This document shows positions 49,552 to 59,130 of a DNA stretch of 64,000 nucleotides, piece after piece. Positions within the stretch are counted from its first letter, which is position 1, and each line of letters opens with the position of its first letter. The notes beneath the pieces are model-generated. The model had not been told where the DNA came from and did no database searches. It saw nothing but the letters and a program-made list of their open reading frames with translations. Position numbers and translations under genes: made by a program. Origin of the DNA: an uncultured Pseudomonadota bacterium (GTDB taxonomy: Bacteria > Myxococcota_A > Polyangia > Fen-1088); the NCBI GenBank assembly GCA_963847705.1, contig CAWKBC010000007.1:1-64000 (forward strand). The letters are read 5' to 3'.

Positions 49552-51132
49552 TCAAGGCACGGTCACCGAGAAGTCGGTGACCGCCAGGCCGACGCCGCCG
49601 CTCCAGATCTCGAACCCGGCGAAGACGTTGGTCAGGTACCAGGTGCTCTGCACGTAGCCGCGCGTGACGGCGTCCTGGATGAAGTCGCCCAGGCTGTAGC
49701 TGAACGAGTTGATGCTGGTCTGCGCCACGTACGAGACGCAGGGCTTGCCGTTTCCGCTGTTCGTGCCGTACCAGACATTCCAGTTCTTGCCGTCGATCGT
49801 CGCCGAGGCGATCATGGTCCCGATCGGCTGGTTGCCGCTCGGCATGTGGTACCAGACCATCAGGAAGCCGCCACTCGGTGAAGAGGCGGTCGGATCGCCC
49901 CCCGAGCCGGTGCTGAACCAGACGTCGTAGGCGGCGTTGTAGCTGCCGGTGGCGCCGTTGTCGGCCCAGGTCATGCTGGTCATCACGCTCCCCTTGGGGA
50001 TCGAGCTGACCGCGCGCGGGAGCATGCTCGAAGAGCCGGAGTCGTGATTCGAGTTGGCGCCGGTGAACACCGAGGGGAAACCCTCCGGGTTGTTGTTGGC
50101 GCCGGTCCCCTTCTGCACCGTCACCTGGAAGTTCGCCCCAGGCCCATAGGTGATCGTCTGGCCGGCGGTCGAACCCCACTCGTTGTTCTGGACGATGTAC
50201 TCCTTGCTGCCGCACATGACGGTGCCGGTGCCGTACTGATCGGTGATCGTCCCCTTGCCGCTGGGAGAGCCGCAGCTGGCGGTCCCGCTCGAACCGCCAG
50301 TGCCGGTCGAGCTGCTGGTGACCGGCACGATGCTGCTCACGCAGACGTTGTAGGTGCCGGTGGTGGTGGTCGTCTGGCCGGCCGAGACCTGGATCTGCAT
50401 GTCGTACGGCGTCCCCATCGGGGTGGCCTTGCTGCATTGGGCGGCGGTCGCCCACGCCGGGCAGGTGGCGTCGCTGAAGCAGATCGGCCCCGACCAGCCG
50501 TTGGTGAACGCGGCGATCGAGACGTAGGGCGCGACGGTCGTCGAGTTGGCGCTCTGGGTGAAGCCGATCCGCACCTCGTTGCCGCCACTCGAACCGGTGA
50601 GCGTGATGTTGAAGCACTGCACCGGGCCGGCGTACTCGGTCTTGACCGCGCTGGTGCCGCCCGAGTCGTCGAGCTCGACACCGATCCCGCAGCCCCACTT
50701 GGCGTTGGTCGCGTCGACCACGGTGGTGCCGCTGATGCAGCACGATCCCGAGCTGCAGATGTTCGCGGGCTGAGGGCTGGCGCAGGACGAGCCGTCGGTG
50801 TAGCCGTAGACCGCCCCCTGGATTCCGATCGAGGTGTCGAGGTCGCAATTCCAGCCGGCCGAGTTGATCAGCTGCGTCGGATCGGCGGTGCAGGCCGTTC
50901 CCGTCGACCCGCCGGTGGAGCCGGAGCTGGTCCCGCCGGCCCCCGTGGCCGGGCCGCTGCCGCCGGTTCCCGTGCTGGGGCCGCTGCCGCCGGTCCCGCT
51001 GCCGGAGCCGCTGCCGCCGGTCCCGCCGCCGGAGCTGTTGCCGGATCCAGAGGAGCCTTCGGTGATCGGCTTGGCGCAGCCGAAGACGAACAGGGAGCCG
51101 AGCAGAGCAAAGCGAACGAGGGATCGGCGCAT
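49552..51132 (-). CDS. Lipoprotein with C-terminal GH12 endoglucanase domain
   Basis: FVFGC lipobox, Gly/Ser/Thr linkers, a Cys-rich middle domain, VQNNEWG, YNAAYDVWF, LMVW, QPIG and WYL..V.AGFEIW.GG. Confidence 0.87.
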   Translation of the reverse strand: MRRSLVRFALLGSLFVFGCAKPITEGSSGSGNSSGGGTGGSGSGSGTGGSGPSTGTGGSGPATGAGGTSSGSTGGSTGTACTADPTQLINSAGWNCDLDTSIGIQGAVYGYTDGSSCASPQPANICSSGSCCISGTTVVDATNAKWGCGIGVELDDSGGTSAVKTEYAGPVQCFNITLTGSSGGNEVRIGFTQSANSTTVAPYVSIAAFTNGWSGPICFSDATCPAWATAAQCSKATPMGTPYDMQIQVSAGQTTTTTGTYNVCVSSIVPVTSSSTGTGGSSGTASCGSPSGKGTITDQYGTGTVMCGSKEYIVQNNEWGSTAGQTITYGPGANFQVTVQKGTGANNNPEGFPSVFTGANSNHDSGSSSMLPRAVSSIPKGSVMTSMTWADNGATGSYNAAYDVWFSTGSGGDPTASSPSGGFLMVWYHMPSGNQPIGTMIASATIDGKNWNVWYGTNSGNGKPCVSYVAQTSINSFSYSLGDFIQDAVTRGYVQSTWYLTNVFAGFEIWSGGVGLAVTDFSVTVP

Positions 51133-51327
51133 AAGGGACCTCCTAAGATCGGTGAAGCACGCGGCGCGATTCGAAGCTCAAAAAGATAGCCCAGATCCAG
51201 CCGCGGTGACAGGACCCGCCCCGAACCGGCGGCTTGTCCCGCGCGCAACACGCGCATCATCGAATCGACGCGAAACCGTAACAACCTTGTTAGACGGCCA
51301 GGTTCCCCGATCCGATATCGGTCGTGC

Positions 51328-53259
51328 ATGTCCAATCTTCGACGAAAAGCAGTGGTGCTTGCCTTGGCTTCAGTGGGTCTTGCCTGCTCCAGCTCATCCG
51401 GAACGGGAACCGGCGGATCTGGTGGAGGGGCGGGAAATGGCGCGGCCGGGGCGGGAACCGGCGGTAGCGGCGTGGCCGGCGCGGGCGGCGGCGTGGCCGG
51501 CGCGGGCGGCGGCCTGGCCGGCGCGGGCGGCGGCGCAGCGGGCGCGGCGGGCAGCGGCGCGGCGGGCAGCGGCGCGGGTGGCACGGCCGGCGGCGCAGCG
51601 GGCAGCGGCGCGGGTGGCGCGGCCGGCGGCGCGGCAGGCACGGCCGGCGGAGCTCTGGCGGCCGACGTTCAAAACATCGTGATCATCTTCGCCGAGAACC
51701 GGAGCTTCGACAGCCTCTTCGGCTCATTCCCGGGCGCGAACGGCCTCGGGAACGTCTCCGTCTCCGGTGCTGCAGGCGCAGGTGGCGCGGGTGGCGCGGC
51801 TGCCACGACGGTGGCGTACATCCCCCAGAAGGATCGCGACGGGACGACGGTGCTCCCCAAGCTTCCACAGACCTGGGGCGGCGTCACGCTGGGCGGGAAC
51901 CCGACGGTGGTGACGCAAGCTCAGAGCGACAACATCCCCAACGCGCCGTTCCCGATGGAGACGATCTGGAACACCATCAACGGCGCGCCCTTGCTGACGA
52001 CGCTGGACGTCTCGCGCGACATCGCCCACAGGTTCTTCGAGCACCAGATGGAGCTCAACGGCGGCAGCAACGACATGTTCGCGGCCTGGGAGGATGGCGG
52101 TGGGATCACCATGGGGAACTGGGACTACAGCAAGTCGAAGCTCTACGCGCTCGCCCAGCAGTACGTGCTGGCGGACAACTTCTACATGGGCGCCTTCGGC
52201 GGCTCGTTCCTCACGCACCAGTACCTCATTTGCGCCTGCGCCCCGGCGGTGTCGGCGGCCTGGGTCACCAGCAACAAGCCGTCGATCAACATGCTCGGGA
52301 CGGCGAACAGCAAGGGCGTGCCACAGCTCGCGCTGAACGCCGCCGCGGCGACCCCCACACCGGCCTCCGCGCTCGACGGCCCGCCGGCCTTCCTGACCGG
52401 CAACATCGCCCCGCTCAACTACTTCGGGCCCGGCGACGGATACCGGGCCGTGAACACCATGCAGCCGTTCTTCCAGCCGAGCGGCAATCCCCCGGCGGCG
52501 GGCGCTGCGGATCTGCGCTACGCGGATCCCTCCGCCGCCACCACGTTGCCCGTGCAGACCCAGACGAACGTCGGCGACCTCCTGACCGCCAAGTCGATCG
52601 GCTGGGCCTGGTACGCCACCGACTGGAACGCCGCCACCGTGGATGGCGAGGCTCCGGCCAGCTCGACGCGCACGGTGATCTACGCGCCTTCGGGCCCGCG
52701 CCAGGCCCCCGACTTCCAGACGCACCACCACCCGTTCAACTACTACGCCGCCTTCGATCCGGCGACCCACGACGCCGCGCGCGCGGCGCACCTCAAGGAC
52801 TACACCGATCTGGTGGCGGACATCGCCAACGGCACGGTCCCGCCGGTGGCCTGGTACAAGCCGACCGGCAACCTGAACCAGCACCCCGGCTACGCCAACC
52901 TGGACGACGGCGACGCGCACATCGCCGACCTGGTCGCCAAGCTGCAGGCCGGGCCGCAGTGGCAGCACATGGTCATCATCGTCACCTACGACGAGTACGG
53001 CGGGCAGTGGGATCACGTCGCCGCGCCGAAGGGCGACCTGCTCGGCCCGGGCGAGCGCATCCCGGCCATCATCATCTCGCCCTACGCCAAGAAGGGGACC
53101 GTCGACCACACGCAGTACGACTCCGGGTCGACGCTGCGCCTCATCACCAAGCGCTTCGGCCTCCCCACGCTGGCGGGCCTCACGGCGCGCGACGCGGCGC
53201 TGGTCAGCAACGGCGGCAAGGCGATGGGTGACCTGACGAACGCCCTGACGCTGCCGTAA
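51328..53259 (+). CDS. acpA: AcpA-type acid phosphatase/phosphoesterase lipoprotein
   Basis: IIFAENRSFDSLFG, HRF, DNF..AFGGSFL.HQ, HH.PFNYY, HPGY, YDE.GG.WDHV and GPG.RIP. Confidence 0.88.
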   Translation: MSNLRRKAVVLALASVGLACSSSSGTGTGGSGGGAGNGAAGAGTGGSGVAGAGGGVAGAGGGLAGAGGGAAGAAGSGAAGSGAGGTAGGAAGSGAGGAAGGAAGTAGGALAADVQNIVIIFAENRSFDSLFGSFPGANGLGNVSVSGAAGAGGAGGAAATTVAYIPQKDRDGTTVLPKLPQTWGGVTLGGNPTVVTQAQSDNIPNAPFPMETIWNTINGAPLLTTLDVSRDIAHRFFEHQMELNGGSNDMFAAWEDGGGITMGNWDYSKSKLYALAQQYVLADNFYMGAFGGSFLTHQYLICACAPAVSAAWVTSNKPSINMLGTANSKGVPQLALNAAAATPTPASALDGPPAFLTGNIAPLNYFGPGDGYRAVNTMQPFFQPSGNPPAAGAADLRYADPSAATTLPVQTQTNVGDLLTAKSIGWAWYATDWNAATVDGEAPASSTRTVIYAPSGPRQAPDFQTHHHPFNYYAAFDPATHDAARAAHLKDYTDLVADIANGTVPPVAWYKPTGNLNQHPGYANLDDGDAHIADLVAKLQAGPQWQHMVIIVTYDEYGGQWDHVAAPKGDLLGPGERIPAIIISPYAKKGTVDHTQYDSGSTLRLITKRFGLPTLAGLTARDAALVSNGGKAMGDLTNALTLP

Positions 53260-53292
53260 CGAGGCAGCGGGCAGAGGCCCACGGAAGTACGA

Positions 53293-53330
53293 GCAGCCGC
53301 CGCTCCTCCGAGCGGCGGCTGTTTCTTTTT
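53293..53330 (+). terminator. Intrinsic terminator after acpA
   Basis: GCAGCCGCCGCTC-ctcc-GAGCGGCGGCTGT followed by TTCTTTTT. Confidence 0.85.
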
Positions 53331-53384
53331 GGGTCGGGGGCGCCACGTGGACCGAGACCGGCCGGCCCGGTCGCACGACACGAA

Positions 53385-54683
53385 CTACTGCTTCTCCAGA
53401 TCGGCGTCGGTCAGCGTCTTCAAGAAGGCGATGACGTCGCCGATCTCCTGCCTGTTCAAGGCCGGCGCGGCCCCCGGCTTGCCGCCGAACGGACGCTCGC
53501 TGTTGACGTTCTTCTTGTAGGCGGCTGGGAGATCGTCGAACGCATCGACCTTGCCCCCCAGCTTCGCGTACCACTTGCCGGGACTGGTGTCGCGCGCGAC
53601 GTAGAACTCCAGCACCTGGTCCAGGCGGTGAAACTGACCATTGTGGAAGAAGGCGCGGCGCAGGGCGACGTTGCGCAACGTCGGCACCCGAAACTCTCCG
53701 CAGTACTCCGGGTGCCTGGCGAGGTCCGTGCGCACCGGCCCGCAGAGCCCGAGATCGTGAAAGGCGGGATCGGCATTGGCGGGGAGCGTGCGATTCCGGG
53801 GGACGCCGATGGCGTTGTAGCCGAAGTCGGTGAAGTTCGGGAAGCCGCCCTTGCGGATCCCGCTCGGATGGCAGCTGACGCAGTTCCCCTTCTTCGGGTC
53901 GTTGAACAATGCCAGCCCGCGCTGCTCGCTCGCGCTCAGCGTCCCTTGCCGCCGCAGGTAGGCGTCGTAGCGGCTGTTGTAAGGATAGAAGTCCTTCGGG
54001 CTCTGCTGGAACACCTCCAGGCTCTGGAGGAGGGCGGTCGAGCCCCGCCGCGGATCCGAGAACACGTCGTCACCGAAGGTGGCCCGAAATTGCTCGGCGA
54101 GCGGACCGTGAGCGATCCTGGCGACGACGCTGTCGATGTCGGGGTTGGCCATCTCGAACGGCGAGGTCAGCGGGAGGCGCGCCTGATCGTGCGTGGTGTC
54201 GGCGCGGCCGTCCCAGGTGTGGCCGCCGGTGGGCCCCTGGTCGACGCTCTCGTCGACCGCCTCGTCGAAGTGGTGCAGGGAGAACGGCGGCACCGCCTGC
54301 AGGTAGCGCAGCGCGGGGGCGGCGCGGAGACCGACGCTCTTGAGATCGGGGCCGCCGAGCTGCGTGGAGCGGGCGTTCGGCGGGCCGTAGCCGACGTGGG
54401 GATCGTGGCAGGTGGCGCAGGACATCTTCCCGGAGACGGAGAGCTGCGGATCGAAGAACAGCCGTCGCCCGAGCTCGGTCATCGCCACGACGGACGGCCG
54501 ACGGCTGAAGCGATCCGCCGCGTAGAACGACCTCGCCGCCGCGGTGGCGGCGCCCGACTTCGGTGGTGAGGCCGGCGCGGGCTGGGTGGCCGGAGGGGGC
54601 GGCGACGGCGCGGGTGGCGCATCCTTGGGGGCGCAACCAGCCGCCACTGCGCCGCCGGCGACGAGCAACGCGACACGGACCAT
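53385..54683 (-). CDS. Di-heme cytochrome c peroxidase/MauG superfamily lipoprotein
   Basis: LGRRLFFDP.LS, CATCH, WDGRA, CVSCH, FRVPTLRNV, FHNG and AFLKTLTD. AAGC lipobox. Confidence 0.92.
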   Translation of the reverse strand: MVRVALLVAGGAVAAGCAPKDAPPAPSPPPPATQPAPASPPKSGAATAAARSFYAADRFSRRPSVVAMTELGRRLFFDPQLSVSGKMSCATCHDPHVGYGPPNARSTQLGGPDLKSVGLRAAPALRYLQAVPPFSLHHFDEAVDESVDQGPTGGHTWDGRADTTHDQARLPLTSPFEMANPDIDSVVARIAHGPLAEQFRATFGDDVFSDPRRGSTALLQSLEVFQQSPKDFYPYNSRYDAYLRRQGTLSASEQRGLALFNDPKKGNCVSCHPSGIRKGGFPNFTDFGYNAIGVPRNRTLPANADPAFHDLGLCGPVRTDLARHPEYCGEFRVPTLRNVALRRAFFHNGQFHRLDQVLEFYVARDTSPGKWYAKLGGKVDAFDDLPAAYKKNVNSERPFGGKPGAAPALNRQEIGDVIAFLKTLTDADLEKQ

Positions 54684-54846
54684 TGACGGCGATCGGGAAT
54701 GACGGCGCACGATGCGCGGATCTTGCACGAGATCGAAGTCGCAGGCGGTGACATCTCCCGCAGGTTCGCCGCGCGACGTCCGGGCGTCAGGGCGCGACCG
54801 GGCGGTCTCCCGCCGTTGCCCTAGCCGCGCCGTGGCGCGCGCCGGG

Positions 54847-55575
54847 TCAGCCCTGGCGGACGGAGATCGCCAGCTTGGCGACGCTCTTGACCACGTGGGG
54901 GACGCGCTTCAAGAGATTGATCGACGGCGGGCGCTTCTCGCGGACGGCGAAGGGGATCTCGACCACCTTCTTCCCTTCGCGGTGCGCGCGAATGACGAAC
55001 TCGCTGGCGAAGACGTCGCGATCGAGCACGCAGCGGCGCGCTGTCTCCAGCAGCGCCTCGCGCTTGAACGCCTTGAGGCCGTGGGTATCGGTTCCCGGAA
55101 AGCGGCAGACGACGCGCAGCATGCCGTTGTAGACGCGGGTGGCGGTGCGCCGGAACAGCGGCCGCTGGTCGTTGGAGCCGACCATCGCCTTCGACCCGAC
55201 CACCAGATCGGTGTCGCTCCGCTCGAGCAGCGCCATGGCGCGCGCGTAGAACTCGGTGTCCAGCAGATCGATCTCGTCGGAGATGACGTACGTGCCGCGC
55301 GCCTCCAGGATTCCCTGCTTCATGGCCAGACCGTAGTTCGGCTGGCCGACCGAGAGCATGCGGACCTGCGGGTGCTCGACCTCCAGCTCGCGGCCGATCT
55401 CGATGGTTCGGTCGCGCGAGCCGTTCTCGCACAGCAGGAGCTCGTAGCTCCAGCCGAAGCGGCGCAGCTTCTCCTCCAGCTCCAGCACCGACCCGCGCAG
55501 GATCCCCTCTTCGTTGTAGACCGGGATGACGATCGACAGGTGCGGCGCAGCGGAGAAACGCGGTGCTTCGCTCAT
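54847..55575 (-). CDS. GT2 glycosyltransferase (Dpm1/Alg5-like polyprenyl-phosphate sugar synthase type)
   Basis: [19 protein letters not shown]...G, DEID and DTHGLKAF. Short and soluble. Confidence 0.85.
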   Translation of the reverse strand: MSEAPRFSAAPHLSIVIPVYNEEGILRGSVLELEEKLRRFGWSYELLLCENGSRDRTIEIGRELEVEHPQVRMLSVGQPNYGLAMKQGILEARGTYVISDEIDLLDTEFYARAMALLERSDTDLVVGSKAMVGSNDQRPLFRRTATRVYNGMLRVVCRFPGTDTHGLKAFKREALLETARRCVLDRDVFASEFVIRAHREGKKVVEIPFAVREKRPPSINLLKRVPHVVKSVAKLAISVRQG

Positions 55576-56936
55576 GACCCGCTCCCGGTCGCGTCGACCA
55601 GCGCCGCCACCTCACGCCCGGCCAGCACGCAGTCCTCCATGGCGTTGTAGGTCCAGGCGCCGTAGCGCCCGCGGGGATGGATGCCGTTGGCCTCGAGAAA
55701 CGCGAAGATCGTCCGCGTCGCCTGGTAGTAGTGCTGGTCGAACACGACATAGGCATATTCGATCTGCTTCTCTTCCGCGAACAGCACGTCGTTCGCGCTG
55801 CCGAGCGCCCCCGCCTCGACCAGCGCCGCCGTCGTGTCGCGCACGGCCGCCTCGCTGATCGGCCCGCGGTCGGCCATCTCCACGCAGATCGACGAACGCC
55901 CCTCGGGGGCCATGCTGGCCATGGCCGTGGAGAATACGTTCACTCGGTAGAAGGGGTAGCGCTCTTCGGGGACGTAGATCCAGTGCCAGTCGGCGGGCGG
56001 CTTGCCGCGCGCGCCGATGTTGAGGTAGCGCAGCGTGGTGCAGCGCAGGCGCAGCGCCTGGCGCTCGACCTCGGGCGGCAGCTCCGGCATCCGCTTCAAG
56101 AGCTCGGGCAGCGGGATGGTGGCGACCAGCGCGCGGTAGGGGATCCGTTCGCCGCCGACGACGATCTCGCGCTGCCGCCAGTCGATGGTCTCGGGATTGG
56201 CGCGCGCGTGCACCTGGCCGCCCGTCATCCGCGTGGTGAGCGCCCGGGTGAAGGTCTCGATCCCGCCCGCCTTCGGGTAGAGGAAGCTCTGGTTGTAGCC
56301 CATCTCGGGCGGACCCGCGCCGACCGCGCCCGCGATCACCTGTTCGAGGTTGGGCAAGGGCACGAAGCGCGAGCACCACTCGGCGGTGATCTCGCGCGGG
56401 TGCACCCCCCAGATCTTCTCGTTGTAGGGGATCATGAAGTGCTTGGAGATCCCCGCCCCGAAGTGCTGCAGGCAATAGTCTTCGAAGTTGGCCGGCGCGG
56501 CGGCCTGCGCGGCGCCGGGCGTCGGAGCGCCCGCGCTTGCGCTCGCCACCCGCGCCTCGATCACCCCCAGCAGGCACTCCTTGATCACCTCGGGCGGCAG
56601 CCCGTTCAGGTTGGCCTGGTACGGATAGCGGGTGAGGACCCCGTGCGAGAAGATGCGCGCCTTGCGGGCGATCGGCGTCATCTGGCCGGGGAGCAGCTCG
56701 TCGACCATCCGCTTGATGGCGGGATCGCGCAGGTGCAGCCAGTGGCCCGTCTTGTCGAAGCGGTGGCCCTCGCGCTCGTCGGTGCGCGCGTGCCCGCCCA
56801 GCCGCTCCTCGCGCTCGAACAGCAGCCAGGGCGCGCGCAGGTGGACCGCCGTCGAGATGCCGGTCAATCCACCGCCCAGGATCACCACCGGCCCGGTACT
56901 GGACGACGCATGCACGCTCTGCGCGCCGCTGCTCAC
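55572..56936 (-). CDS. FAD-dependent oxidoreductase (UDP-galactopyranose mutase/HemY-like fold)
   Basis: [35 protein letters not shown] and GRYGAWTY. Confidence 0.8.
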   Translation of the reverse strand: MSSGAQSVHASSSTGPVVILGGGLTGISTAVHLRAPWLLFEREERLGGHARTDEREGHRFDKTGHWLHLRDPAIKRMVDELLPGQMTPIARKARIFSHGVLTRYPYQANLNGLPPEVIKECLLGVIEARVASASAGAPTPGAAQAAAPANFEDYCLQHFGAGISKHFMIPYNEKIWGVHPREITAEWCSRFVPLPNLEQVIAGAVGAGPPEMGYNQSFLYPKAGGIETFTRALTTRMTGGQVHARANPETIDWRQREIVVGGERIPYRALVATIPLPELLKRMPELPPEVERQALRLRCTTLRYLNIGARGKPPADWHWIYVPEERYPFYRVNVFSTAMASMAPEGRSSICVEMADRGPISEAAVRDTTAALVEAGALGSANDVLFAEEKQIEYAYVVFDQHYYQATRTIFAFLEANGIHPRGRYGAWTYNAMEDCVLAGREVAALVDATGSGS

Positions 56937-57002
56937 CCGCCGTCACTTACCACGAAACGTCCCTTTCGGTACGGAGCGCGCGGGGCGCGCTTGGTTTGGC
57001 AT

Positions 57003-57078
57003 CGCCTGAGCGCCGACGGGCTCTGCCAGGCGATGCTCGGCGCGGGGGAGGATCCAAAGGACCCTCCGAGGGTCCTTT
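57003..57078 (-). repeat. Two-hairpin intergenic repeat, copy C
   Basis: Minus strand: AAAGGACCCT-cgg-AGGGTCCTTT...CCCGCGCCGAGC...GGCAGAGCC...GCTCAGGCG. Confidence 0.75.
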
Positions 57079-57097
57079 AATTAGTAGTATCCGCGGC

Positions 57098-58081
57098 GTG
57101 ACGCGCTCCGACAAATCGGCCGCGCCGCTCCCGGCGGCGGAGCGCGCCCGCGTCCTCGACTTCGAGCACCGCAAGCGCGAGCGCAGCGTCTGGCCGCGCG
57201 TGCTGTCGCTCCGCTATCTGACCACGGCGCTCGGCCGCCTCGGGCGCGGCACCTCGGCCGTCGACGCCGCGCCGGTCCCCCGCCCGCCCGCCGGCACCGT
57301 GTCGATCACCTTCGTCGGCCACGCCACGGTGATGCTCACGACGCCCGGGGTGCGCCTGCTGGCCGATCCGCTGCTGGAAAATTCATTCTACGGAATCCGG
57401 CGCGCCAAGGCGGCCGGGCTCGCCGAGGAGGATCTGGACGACGTCGATCTGGTGCTGGTGACGCACGCTCACCGCGATCACCTGTCGCGGGCCAGCATCC
57501 TGCGAATCGCCCGCAAGGCCGTGGTGATCGTGCCTCCTCGCTGCACCAGCCTGGTGCGCGGCCTCGGCTTCGCGGACATCGTCGAGCTCGACCCCGGCAG
57601 CAGCCACCAGCTGGGCGACGTCGAGGTGACCGCCGTGCCGGTGCGCCACTCGGGGACGCGCGGCCTCGGCGACTACCTCCGCCGCGGCGCCTGCGGATAC
57701 GTGGTGCGCGCGCGCGCCGGCGGGGCGTCGGCCTGCGCCTATCTGGCCGGTGACACCGGCTACTTCTCCGGCTTCGCCGAGATCGGCCGACGTTTTCACC
57801 CCGACGTCGCGCTCCTGCCGATCGCCGGCTACGAGCCGGCGGCGTTCCGCGAGGAGCACCTGTCACCGCTCGACGCGCTCTACGCGTTCGACGATCTGGG
57901 GGCGCGCCTCCTCGTTCCCACCAGCTACGGGTCGTTCCCTCTCAGCTACGAACGGCTCGACGCCCCGCTGGCCTGGCTGCAGGCGCTCGCGCGCGAGCGC
58001 GGGCTGGCCCGTCCCGACAGCGACCGGCGGGTGGCGATCCTCGACCACGGCCAGACGCTCCACGTGCGGATGCATGCTTGA
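57098..58081 (+). CDS. MBL-fold metallo-hydrolase (NAPE-PLD/UlaG-like)
   Basis: FVGHAT, DP, THAHRDHL, PVRH, AGDTGY and LLPI..Y. Confidence 0.88.
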   Translation: MTRSDKSAAPLPAAERARVLDFEHRKRERSVWPRVLSLRYLTTALGRLGRGTSAVDAAPVPRPPAGTVSITFVGHATVMLTTPGVRLLADPLLENSFYGIRRAKAAGLAEEDLDDVDLVLVTHAHRDHLSRASILRIARKAVVIVPPRCTSLVRGLGFADIVELDPGSSHQLGDVEVTAVPVRHSGTRGLGDYLRRGACGYVVRARAGGASACAYLAGDTGYFSGFAEIGRRFHPDVALLPIAGYEPAAFREEHLSPLDALYAFDDLGARLLVPTSYGSFPLSYERLDAPLAWLQALARERGLARPDSDRRVAILDHGQTLHVRMHA

Positions 58082-58137
58082 CCCGCCCGACGGGCCGAGG
58101 TCAAACTGCGGCTCGTTTATCAACCGGAGGTGAGGCG

Positions 58138-59127
58138 ATGAAGACGTTGAAGTTCCTGGGCGCGGCCGTTCTTTCCCTGCTGATGTTCGCAGGCTGCAAG
58201 GGGGGCGGTTCCGGCGGCCCCGAGACGACCGCCGACTTCTGCACCCAGTACGCCGATGCCGTCTGCCAGATCGCGACCGCCTGCGGGATCACGATGACGA
58301 CCTGCACCGCCTACCAGGAGAGTCAGTGCGAGGCGCTGGCGGCCACCGCGACCGCCGCGCCGAGCAAGCGTGTGTTCACCCCGGCGAACACGGGCCAGTG
58401 CATCAGCAAGCTGAAAGCCGCCTACGGCGCCAGCGCGCCTCTCATCACGCCGGCCGTCCAGGCCGGCATCGACCTCGCCTGCGGGTACGTGTTCCAGGGC
58501 AAGGGGATGGTCGACATAGATACCTGCACGACGCAGTTCGACTGCGCTGGGACCACCAACGGCTCGGTCATCTGCGACCAGACGCACCACCTCTGTGCGA
58601 CGTCCAAGACCATCTCGGGCACCAACCAGTGCAACGACAACGGTGCGGTCTGTGCCACCAACTCCTACTGCGCAGCGAACAGCTCGGGCATCTCCAGCTG
58701 CATGCCCGCGGGGACCAGCAACCCGCCCTCGTCGTGCAGCGCGACCGTCCCCTGCGACAGCACCTCCTACTGCAACACGAACGGCACCTGCACGGCCCTC
58801 CTCGTCGCCGGAACCCCCTGTGCTGCCAGCAGCGAGTGCGCCAGCGGCGGCTTCTGCGATCCGTACGGCGGATCTGCCACCTGCGACGACGGGATCCGCT
58901 TCGCCAAGGGCTCGCAGCAGTGCACCTGCGTGGCCTCGGGCGTGAACTGCCCGACCCCGCCGGGCGGCGGCGGCCAGAGCGGCGGCGCGGCCGGCAGCTC
59001 GGGCGCCGCCGGCAACGGCGCGGCGGGCAGCGCCGGTGCCGCGGGAGCCTCTGGCGCGGCGGGCAACGCTGGCGCCGGCGGTCGGGCCGGCGCCGCGGGC
59101 GTGGGCGGCGCGATCCTCGATGGCTGA
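58138..59127 (+). CDS. Cys-rich lipoprotein with Gly/Ala tail
   Basis: SD GGAGG, MFAGC lipobox and more than 20 Cys in short repeat-like modules. Confidence 0.8.
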   Translation: MKTLKFLGAAVLSLLMFAGCKGGGSGGPETTADFCTQYADAVCQIATACGITMTTCTAYQESQCEALAATATAAPSKRVFTPANTGQCISKLKAAYGASAPLITPAVQAGIDLACGYVFQGKGMVDIDTCTTQFDCAGTTNGSVICDQTHHLCATSKTISGTNQCNDNGAVCATNSYCAANSSGISSCMPAGTSNPPSSCSATVPCDSTSYCNTNGTCTALLVAGTPCAASSECASGGFCDPYGGSATCDDGIRFAKGSQQCTCVASGVNCPTPPGGGGQSGGAAGSSGAAGNGAAGSAGAAGASGAAGNAGAGGRAGAAGVGGAILDG

Positions 59128-59130
59128 TCG

